From: Candidatus Melainabacteria bacterium 17Bon1m
GTDB taxonomy: Bacteria; Cyanobacteriota; Vampirovibrionia; Obscuribacterales; Obscuribacteraceae
Direction: 5' to 3'
Assembly (NCBI GenBank): GCA_032128875.1
Contig: JAVLKG010000008.1
Coordinates: 128,001-192,000, forward strand
Length of the DNA: 64,000 nt
This document shows, piece after piece, positions 48,560-56,662 of the stretch. The notes under the pieces were generated by a model. That model did not search any database, was not told where the DNA came from, and saw only the letters and a list, made by a program, of their open reading frames with translations. A program made the translations under genes and the position numbers. The first letter of the stretch is position 1. Every line of letters begins with the position of its first letter.

Positions 48560-48850
48560 CACGGGGGCGTCGATAAACGACAGGCAGATGCCGTTTTTCT
48601 ATTCCCCCGCTTGAAGGTGGTCGGGTCTGCCGGAGGGTCCAACCTCTGCATTCTCGGCCACCTTCCTATTTGGGTCCATTCATACTACGCGCTCTAGTAT
48701 CACCGTGCAGAGCGCGGAGGCGGTGAATTGGTGACTAGTAGAGAGTTCGAACCATACAGCGTGGGCTAAGAACGCTCAACACCATAAACGGCGCCATCCG
48801 AGGGGCACCGAATATGGTGTCAATTCGTGCGTCCGGCAGCAAGTCACCAG
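48560..48850 (+). ncRNA. Candidate structured ncRNA with a possible pseudoknot
   Basis: At least six helices; the G-U pairs favour the + strand; no credible ORF. Confidence 0.45.
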
Positions 48851-49030
48851 GCAATTTGATTTGCGCAGGATGCAAGACATATGTGGATCGAAGGAGATCG
48901 TGAGTTCTAAACTACACTTGAATAAAAACAAAAACGTGACAAACGCAACACAGCGCTCGACCAAGCGTTATCAGTTTCACCTCAAAAATCAAAACGTGCG
49001 CAGGCGCCGTGAGCGCGTGCAGAAGTTGAC

Positions 49031-50212
49031 TCAAACAACAGCAGGAGCTGGAGCAGGGTTGCCCGCACCGGCACGCTTCGAGAATATTTTGAGGAGAATA
49101 TCGGCGGCTTTCTCGCACTCTTCCAGTGTGTTGTAGCGACCGGCGGTAATTCTTGCCGAGCCGATTACTTGCTCGTGCTTCATGCCCATGCAAGCAAGTA
49201 CGTGCGAAGGGTCTTTGCCTGCTTGCTTACAAGCCGAAACGGACGAGATGCAGACACCCTTCAAATCGGCTTCAACAACGAGCTGCTCACCGACCGTTCC
49301 TTCCACAATCAAACTGACGTGCCCAGGCAGACGAGATTCCATGCACGCACCCGAAAGCTTCACCGCCGGGTGTGCAGTCAGTTTTTCGATTAAAAGCCTT
49401 TGAACAGCTCTCAGATGCTCCGTATTCTGCTTCAACTCATTGTGAGCCAATTCTGCCGCTGCACCGATGGCAACGATGTTGGAGAGGCTCTCAGTGCCCG
49501 GAGAAATACCTTGTTCTTGACCGCCGCCGAAAAGAATCGGCGATACGTGCATGCCTTTGCGAACATAAAGTAGACCGATACCTTTCGGTGCGTAAAATTT
49601 GTGACCGGAAAGAGAAAGAGAAGAAACAGGAGTAGAGGCCATGTCGATCTTCAGCTTCCCTGGCACCTGAATCGCATCAGAGTGAAAAAAGATATTCCGC
49701 TCAGCGGCAATCTTTGCGATTTCTTCAACCGGCTGCACCGTGCCGACTTCATTGTTGGCCCACATCAAAGAGATGATGCTGGTTTCGTCCGTGATGATGC
49801 TCTTCAGCTCTTCCATGTCGACGACACCTTCGTCACTGACGTGCAAGTGGCTGACCTTCCAGCCTCTTTCCTTCAGGTGTTTCGCAGGTCCCAGGCTGGA
49901 ATTATGCTCGATGCAGGTAGTAATCAAATGGCGTCCGAGATTGTTAGACTCAACATACTGTGCGCGTCCCAGCAATGCCATGTTGTTGCTGAACGTGCCG
50001 CAAGGAGTGAAATAAACTTCCTCGGGTGTCGCGCCAATAAGCTGAGCAGCTTGCTCTCTGGCTTTGTTCATCGCTGTTCGCGATTGATATCCCAGGCGAT
50101 GCAACGACGACGGATTGCCCCATTTGTCGCAGAGGTAAGGCTGCATAGCCTCACACACCTCGTCACGAACCTTGGTTGTGGCGCTGTTATCCAGATAAAT
50201 GAAAGAGCCCAT
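49031..50212 (-). CDS. iscS: Cysteine desulfurase (group I, IscS/NifS)
   Basis: IYLDNSATT, GNPSSLH, MWANNEVGTVQP, HSDAIQ, SGHKFYAPKG and SSVSAC. Confidence 0.95.
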   Translation of the reverse strand: MGSFIYLDNSATTKVRDEVCEAMQPYLCDKWGNPSSLHRLGYQSRTAMNKAREQAAQLIGATPEEVYFTPCGTFSNNMALLGRAQYVESNNLGRHLITTCIEHNSSLGPAKHLKERGWKVSHLHVSDEGVVDMEELKSIITDETSIISLMWANNEVGTVQPVEEIAKIAAERNIFFHSDAIQVPGKLKIDMASTPVSSLSLSGHKFYAPKGIGLLYVRKGMHVSPILFGGGQEQGISPGTESLSNIVAIGAAAELAHNELKQNTEHLRAVQRLLIEKLTAHPAVKLSGACMESRLPGHVSLIVEGTVGEQLVVEADLKGVCISSVSACKQAGKDPSHVLACMGMKHEQVIGSARITAGRYNTLEECEKAADILLKIFSKRAGAGNPAPAPAVV

Positions 50213-50388
50213 GCTACACCTGTCTAAAGCAAACGACGGGGAATTGACGGTCGGCTTGTAAGCAGCGCATGTGAAACGCCAATGAACACAATCAAGCCGG
50301 GATTTGAGCAACTATGACGGGTGGATAGTAACACAAAGCCAAACCCCTACAAAGGCTAAGGGGTTTAGCTTAACGGGCTTAAACGAAA

Positions 50389-50991
50389 CTATTTGCTCGA
50401 ACAACTAGTGCTGAAGGTTCGAGGAAAATGAGCTGCTTCTGCGGTCTTCACACGTTTTGCCATGTAAATATCCGGCTTGCCAAAACCATTGGCATCCGGC
50501 AGCACACCAACAATTTCAAAACCCATTCGCTGGTAAAACTTGAATGGGTGTCCGCCGATATCTTCGATTTCTCTCGCCTTACCGAGGACATCAGGGTAGA
50601 GTTCGCACTCACCCAGATTGGTTCTGCCGTCTTCGTCGTCTGTTCCGAGCCAGATTGTGCGAGCGCCGAGTTTACCGACCTGCTCTTCAAAATCATCAAT
50701 TAGCGCCTTACCGACACCCTTTCCCTGCGTGTTTTTCTTGACCACCAGCGGATCTATTTCCCATACATTGCCCATGTACATGCGAATTCCGCCGACCCAG
50801 CCGAGCACTTCACCATCGTCTTCGACCGCAATCCGGCTCAACTGGTGGTCTTCGAAAGATTCCTCAACTTTCTTCATCGCATCCTTCATGTCCTCGTAGT
50901 CAGGACAATGCCCATGAAAACTAACGTTGAGTATCTCCGCCACCTGACGAATTTTGTCCGAATCGGACTTCTGCAAATCGATAATGCGCAC
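50389..50991 (-). CDS. GNAT acetyltransferase, AAC(6')-Ia-like aminoglycoside acetyltransferase family
   Basis: WEIDPLVV, QGKGVGKAL, IWLGTDDE, HPFKFYQRMGF and PDANGFGKPDIYMAK; GTG start assumed. Confidence 0.85.
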   Translation of the reverse strand: MRIIDLQKSDSDKIRQVAEILNVSFHGHCPDYEDMKDAMKKVEESFEDHQLSRIAVEDDGEVLGWVGGIRMYMGNVWEIDPLVVKKNTQGKGVGKALIDDFEEQVGKLGARTIWLGTDDEDGRTNLGECELYPDVLGKAREIEDIGGHPFKFYQRMGFEIVGVLPDANGFGKPDIYMAKRVKTAEAAHFPRTFSTSCSSK

Positions 50992-51156
50992 TTCTCTAAG
51001 TCTCCTCCATGCGATTGCATTGCGGGTGCCGGGACGCCAGAACAAGGCAGCACCAGAACAAGGCAGCAATTGTATGACACTTTCCTTGCACGAGAAAGGA
51101 ACCTTTAGCAGTCACGCGTGTCTAACCAGCAGTTGCGTAAAACGAGGATGGAAATC

Positions 51157-51579
51157 ATGAAAACGAAGATAGCAATCTTAGGCGTCGTCGCGGCATTGAT
51201 GCCAAACCTTGTCGCCTATGCTGGTGAATCGATGGCAGGCAGCGCAGCCGCCACGCAAAACCAGAGCGCGAGCGGAAATCAGCAATCATCACAGGCGACC
51301 ACACAAACTTCTAGCGCGTCGTCTAGTTCGAGTTCGGGCTCGAGCGCTGCAACGACACGGTCTACCTCCAGCGCGACAACTTCTAATCCGAACGCTCGCG
51401 GACGCGTTGTTTCCCGTACACCGGCTCCTGTTGCTGCCGCTAGGCGCGGGGAAACGGAACCGAAACTCTATAGGGCAAGGGTTCGTACAGCGGCGAAAAC
51501 CTATTATCCAGGCTTCAAACGCTCTGGCTATACCAAAAAGACCAGCTCTACACATTGGCAAACAAAGACGTGGAACTAG
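51157..51579 (+). CDS. Secreted Ser/Thr-rich protein with a basic C-terminus
   Basis: Signal peptide ending AYA; low-complexity body. Confidence 0.7.
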   Translation: MKTKIAILGVVAALMPNLVAYAGESMAGSAAATQNQSASGNQQSSQATTQTSSASSSSSSGSSAATTRSTSSATTSNPNARGRVVSRTPAPVAAARRGETEPKLYRARVRTAAKTYYPGFKRSGYTKKTSSTHWQTKTWN

Positions 51580-51634
51580 ATACGAGCCACGCACCAACCA
51601 GAAATATTGCAATATCCAAAACCTGAGGCAAATC

Positions 51635-51665
51635 AAAAACCGCTCCACCCCAGGGGCGGTTTCTT
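51635..51665. terminator. Probable bidirectional intrinsic terminator
   Basis: AAAAACCGCTCC...GGGGCGGTTTCTT between convergent genes. Confidence 0.55.
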
Positions 51666-51758
51666 CCCAGACCACTTACTATACTAATTCGTAACCAGCG
51701 CGCCCAAAAAAGCAAGCCGATGGTCTCGAATGCATTCGAAACCATCGACTGCTGTTAG

Positions 51759-52115
51759 TCACTTGCCGTTAGCACTCGCAGACCCAGCTGCGCGGCGGGC
51801 AAGAGCAGAGTCGTCCTTCACGGTGGACTTGAAGAATTCCGTGCCGCTCTCGGCGATGTCGAGGACGACGCCGCTGCAGAAGCTCGCATAGAGCCCCAGC
51901 ACGTAGAGACAGGCGACCGCTCCGAAGTAGTGCGTGCCGACGGCGCAGCCGAGCAAGGTCAGCGCGAAGAGCGGGCTCGCCCAGCTCAGATTCTTGCGCA
52001 ACGCTCCGAAATCAGCAGAACTGCGAACGACCATTACGCCGACGCCCATCATGGACAGGCAGATGACGAAGTAGCCGAAGCCGACGAAATACTTAGCGAG
52101 TTCGTAGTCGTACAT
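51759..52115 (-). CDS. 3-TM membrane protein
   Basis: Hydrophobic helices; biased codons. Confidence 0.75.
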   Translation of the reverse strand: MYDYELAKYFVGFGYFVICLSMMGVGVMVVRSSADFGALRKNLSWASPLFALTLLGCAVGTHYFGAVACLYVLGLYASFCSGVVLDIAESGTEFFKSTVKDDSALARRAAGSASANGK

Positions 52116-52319
52116 GGAAGTGTTCCATTATTCGAGGGATTTCATTGTGAATGCGGTGCCGATGGTCGGCATCGCGACTTACTTCGCGTAGAAATCAAAC
52201 CAACTCACTATGGCAAGCCTCGAGTGATCCCGTCAAAGTACGGATCGAGGATTAGCAAAGTACGTCGTCCCAGAGGCAGGCACCGTATTTGGTGCCCGCC
52301 CCACATAGCGATGAGGATG

Positions 52320-52577
52320 CTACTCCTCGTTGAACTCCAGGAGGTCGTCGATCGACATGTAGAGCTCGTCGATGTCGTCGTTGCCGCGGCAGTTCGAGCA
52401 GTGGCTGCTGCGGTAGGAGATCGTGCAGCCGTCGCTGTTGAACTCGATCTTCTCGATCTCGTGCCGAAGGCTCGGATTGAAGCTCTTCGCACGCTCCTCG
52501 AAATACTTCTTCGCGCGCTGGGTGAGCTCCGCATGCAGAGCAGCGAAACGCTCGAAGCCGGTCTTGTCGATTTTCAT
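52320..52577 (-). CDS. Small acidic protein with CxxC
   Basis: GGAG upstream; HCSNC; acidic tail. Confidence 0.7.
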   Translation of the reverse strand: MKIDKTGFERFAALHAELTQRAKKYFEERAKSFNPSLRHEIEKIEFNSDGCTISYRSSHCSNCRGNDDIDELYMSIDDLLEFNEE

Positions 52578-52609
52578 GGTGATCTCCATCACGTTTCAGT
52601 TGTTGACGA

Positions 52610-52876
52610 TCAGTACCTCGGACGAGGCGCGTCTTTGGGTGACGCTGCGGCGACGCAGAGGGCGCCCGCAAAGCCGAGGGCCGTTAAGAAAAAGACCTTT
52701 CCAGACCCGCTGAAGTCATCGTTCATCGACGAGGCGATGTAGAGAATGGCGATTACGGGCAATGCCAAGCTCAGCGAAGCGATCTCGGAAAGCTTGCCGC
52801 CAAGGGAAAAGCCCAGCCGGAACGCGACGCAAAAGCCAACGATGGCGACAGCGGTGTAAAGTGCGGTGAGGATCAT
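52610..52876 (-). CDS. Small 3-TM membrane protein
   Basis: Three hydrophobic segments from the ATG at 52876. Confidence 0.65.
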   Translation of the reverse strand: MILTALYTAVAIVGFCVAFRLGFSLGGKLSEIASLSLALPVIAILYIASSMNDDFSGSGKVFFLTALGFAGALCVAAASPKDAPRPRY

Positions 52877-53078
52877 TGTGTTTGTCCATGAAGCGGAATT
52901 TGCAGGAGTCTCGCGACTTTCTGCCATGAAGACGTGGCGACCATCGCCTGACGTCCAAACGTTCAATCAACAGAGAAGTGGTGCAAGCACCACTCCAGCG
53001 ACTAGAAGCTACATTCGCATTACTGCGAACGAGAGCACCGGCATCGCCAGTCCGGAGCGCAATGCAACTTGCAAGAAC

Positions 53079-53300
53079 CTAGAGGCAGAAGCGCTGCACC
53101 CGGGCTCTGGCGACTTGCCTCGCCTCATTTTCGTCACGGAACGCCGTTTGGCCCAGTTCGAAGGTCTCGCCATTGGCGAGGTCGCGAACGACGCCATCGG
53201 ATTCGACGAACTGGCCGGCATTCAGCACGACCCGGTCGAAGCCACGAAAGACGAAAACCTTGTCCGCTGCGGAAGTGTTGGCAGTGGTGATAGTCGTCAT
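53079..53300 (-). CDS. Small hypothetical protein
   Basis: GGAG upstream of the ATG at 53300. Confidence 0.7.
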   Translation of the reverse strand: MTTITTANTSAADKVFVFRGFDRVVLNAGQFVESDGVVRDLANGETFELGQTAFRDENEARQVARARVQRFCL

Positions 53301-53493
53301 TTCAATTCTCCCTAACGTTGGGATTGCGTGGAAAGGAAGACGAGCTTGCATGCAAGCTCAGAATCGAACAGCTGCTCAGTCAAAGAGCAGGGCAGAAAGA
53401 CAGCGCATCTTTGCCGTCCTACTGCCATGCTCTTCGTTTAGTTCGCGGCTGCGTGGAGAACGCCAAGTCGCAGCGGTCACTAGAAGTGCTATA

Positions 53494-53664
53494 TCAGAGC
53501 GGCCACCAGGAGCGCTTCGGGAGCGACTGCCCCGTGAAGGCTTCCATCGAGAAATTCAGAGGCTGAACTTCGGCGATATCGACGATGCCGTAAGGCACAG
53601 GCAGAGGCTTGCCGGCGGCGAAGGTCTGCGCGGCGATGATGAGACGGCGAACGAAGTGTTTCAT
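53494..53664 (-). CDS. 56-aa protein absent from the ORF track
   Basis: Manually translated as MKHFVRRLIIAAQTFAAGKPLPVPYGIVDIAEVQPLNFSMEAFTGQSLPKRSWWPL; AAGGA upstream; islet-type codons. Confidence 0.65.
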   Translation of the reverse strand: MKHFVRRLIIAAQTFAAGKPLPVPYGIVDIAEVQPLNFSMEAFTGQSLPKRSWWPL

Positions 53665-54647
53665 GTGATTCCTTTCGGATTTTCAGCTTTGTGCAATCAG
53701 ATCGAATTGCCGACGCCAAAACAGATCAGTACGCGACACCTTGCGGTGAGCCGAAATACTGCTGGAATAAACTGCACTGGAGAAGAGTGAGTTTGCTGAC
53801 CTGAATTGGAACGGGAAGTAGAAGATGTCTATTTCTTCTCATAAGAGATCATCTACGTGCTGTAAATTGTGCTGTTACACACGCACTTTACAACCAGAAA
53901 CAATAGCGCTGCGCGAACCTTTCCAGCCACCTGGCGCCGAACCTCAATTGGCTGAGATTGGAATTTGTTGGAGAAAAACATTCGCAAGCGTTCGATCCAC
54001 CGAAATTGAAACGCACGAAAAGCGCTCGCTCAGATCGCGCAAGCTAGATTTGGCAATACTCAAAGCGGCACGATCTAGCGCCACTTCGCCAGCCAAAAAC
54101 GCCACCATATACGACACCAAAGACGAAGAGCACGAACATCCGAGATTGCTCCCGGCGTTTCGCGCTTAATACTTCAGTCAGATTGGTCTGTGTCATTTGT
54201 ACGGCCGCCGGCATGAAAGAAACGTGAATAGGACTTGTACTAAAACAACGATTCCAAAATTCCAGACCACTTGCCACATAAGAATCACAACCAATGTCGA
54301 ATGACGCTAGGCAGGCTCTTACAAACTTTTGTATCTTCCGTCCGTGCACGAAGGTTTTACGCCCATTTCATTCAAACTGATGCTTGGTTCATGCAATTTG
54401 TTCTGCTACCAATAAATTACTCCCTTCTTCATTCGCGCGTAACAAAAGCACAGCACCTCATCCAGAGCAATAAGCTTTCAGGCTTTTTCTTCACCCTTAC
54501 CGGGTGAGCAGAGAAAACCGGTTGGCTGCAGAGCATTTGGAATGCGCTGGTTGAACTGCTGTCACTTTGAAGAGGTGGACACTTTCATGAAAATCGGTCA
54601 TCCCGCGGCGGCTGAAGGAGCTGCGGACCTGGGTAGGAGGATGCGAG

Positions 54648-56339
54648 ATGCATTGGAATACCACAGGCAGGACCCTCAAGGTATTGGGTTCTTTTTGGCT
54701 GGGCGAGCGCAAGAAGGTTGCCTGGTCATGGATAGCACTCATCGTTGCGATGCTCATCGTAATCAATGTGCTGAACATTTGCATAAGCTACACAGAACGC
54801 TCGGTTCTTTCGTCGCTGGAGCATAAGGAACAATCGGCGTTCTGGACGAACGTCTTTATCTACGCCTCGATTTTCATTGTCGGCACGCCGATCGTTGGCA
54901 CCTTCGGCTGGATCAAAAACAAGATGCACATGCAGTGGCGTGACTACCTGTCACAATCGCTGCTGAAAAAGCTCTACAACCAGGATCGCTTTCAGGCTAT
55001 CGTCAACGATCCGCGGGTTACCAACCCGGAGCAGCGCATACAGCAAGACGCCGACAAGGTCTTGGACAAATTGATGACCTTCGTGCTGGCGCTAGTCGAC
55101 AGCGGACTGGCATTGATTTCTTTCTCTGCAATACTATGGTCGCTGTCACCGCTTCTACTTCTGGTGGCAGTGGTCTACTCCGGCATTGGCACGTTTGCAA
55201 TGCTCAGGTTCGGCAGGCGGATGATAGGTCTGCATTTCGAACAGGAGACACGAGAGGCGGATTTACGCCGCGAACTCGTGCGCGCCACGGAGAACTCCAC
55301 AGCAATCGCCAGCTATCGAGGAGCGCATCGCGAGCTCGAAAGAGCGCGTGAACGCCTGCGATTAACACTGGCAAACTGGAACAGTGTGATCAGCTGGAAC
55401 CGCAATCTGACTCTCTTCAAAGTCGGCTACGACTATTTCATCCTGGTTGTCCCTTTGCTTATTACAGCGCCGCTGTACTTCGCAGGCGAGATGGACTGGG
55501 GCGCGATGGGTCAGGCCGCGTCTTCGTTCGGCCGCGTGCTGGGCGCACTTTCGGTGATTGTACACACGTACATGCTGTTTGCCGAACTCAACGCCGGCGC
55601 TCAGCGCTTGGTGTCCTTCGACGATGTCCTCAACGAGTACGAAGCGGGATATGGTGAAAGCGGCATCGAGACAGTGGTTTCGGAAGGTGCATCCGTCAGT
55701 GACTTGGCGGTGAACACCCCTGATGGAAAAACCACCATCATCAAAGGCGTCAATTTCGCGGTCAAACCTGGACAAAGCATGCTTATCGTCGGACCAAGCG
55801 GTATCGGCAAAAGCACAGTCCTCAAGGCATTGGCTGGGCTGCGGAAAGGCGGAAGCGGACGGGTTGCAAGACCAGATACAGACGCAGTAATGTACCTTCC
55901 GCAAAAGCCGTACATGACTCCCGGCACGCTCCGAGACCAGCTCCTTTATCCTGGGCGAGGCGAAGCACCCAGCGACGAAGAGCTGCTTGCTTTGCTCAAT
56001 GCGCTCGGTCTCGACGACCTGGCCAAACGCGAAGGCGGGCTCGACGCAGAGCAAGACTGGGACGAAGGCACGTCCGGTGGGCAACAACAGCGAATCGCCA
56101 TCGCCAGAATGCTGATTGCAAAACCCAAGCTGGCCATTCTCGATGAGGCAACAAGCGGACTGGATGCCGGCAATGAGCGCAGAGCATATCAGCTCATCCG
56201 CAACTCCGGCATCACAACTGTCTCGGTGGCTCACCGCGAAGGAGTAGTTGAATTCAGCGATTTCGTCCTGGTGATTCACAAGGATGGCTCATCGGCAATC
56301 GTTGACGCAGCCAATTTTGTGATGCAAGAAGAGCCATAA
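54648..56339 (+). CDS. Fused ABC transporter permease/ATPase (ABCD/YddA-like)
   Basis: NPEQRIQQD, EADLR, Walker A GPSGIGKS, YLPQKPY, SGGQQQR and ILDEATS. Confidence 0.93.
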   Translation: MHWNTTGRTLKVLGSFWLGERKKVAWSWIALIVAMLIVINVLNICISYTERSVLSSLEHKEQSAFWTNVFIYASIFIVGTPIVGTFGWIKNKMHMQWRDYLSQSLLKKLYNQDRFQAIVNDPRVTNPEQRIQQDADKVLDKLMTFVLALVDSGLALISFSAILWSLSPLLLLVAVVYSGIGTFAMLRFGRRMIGLHFEQETREADLRRELVRATENSTAIASYRGAHRELERARERLRLTLANWNSVISWNRNLTLFKVGYDYFILVVPLLITAPLYFAGEMDWGAMGQAASSFGRVLGALSVIVHTYMLFAELNAGAQRLVSFDDVLNEYEAGYGESGIETVVSEGASVSDLAVNTPDGKTTIIKGVNFAVKPGQSMLIVGPSGIGKSTVLKALAGLRKGGSGRVARPDTDAVMYLPQKPYMTPGTLRDQLLYPGRGEAPSDEELLALLNALGLDDLAKREGGLDAEQDWDEGTSGGQQQRIAIARMLIAKPKLAILDEATSGLDAGNERRAYQLIRNSGITTVSVAHREGVVEFSDFVLVIHKDGSSAIVDAANFVMQEEP

Positions 56340-56662
56340 ACAGGGGCTTCTGCAACGACTTCAAAAGAGAAACAGTGCCAACTGGTAGGTATGTCTGGAG
56401 GGGCGCGAATATTGCGCGTGCCCCTCCCGGGCGGTCGAGACTCTGTCCTGTTTTAACTTAGCGGATTTCTACTGTATGCTTTAGTTTTATCACTGCTTAG
56501 TCATTTGGACACAGACTCAAGCTGCCGATAAACAATCAGAACGCTTGCCCATCCCCATTCCAGGGGAGAGAGAGATGTTGAAGAATTAGATCGTTTGTGA
56601 AAACATGTTTTTGCACATATATACATTACGTTTCTACTCAACGGCCGTGCCGGGTCGCCAAG

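Noticed and set aside
48741-48755. tRNA T-loop (GTTCGAA)
   Set aside because: The flanks do not form a T-stem, and no cloverleaf or acceptor stem is present.
54350-54647. Cobalamin riboswitch upstream of the ABCD-like transporter
   Set aside because: No B12-box or GGGAA...GCCACTG core was recognised.
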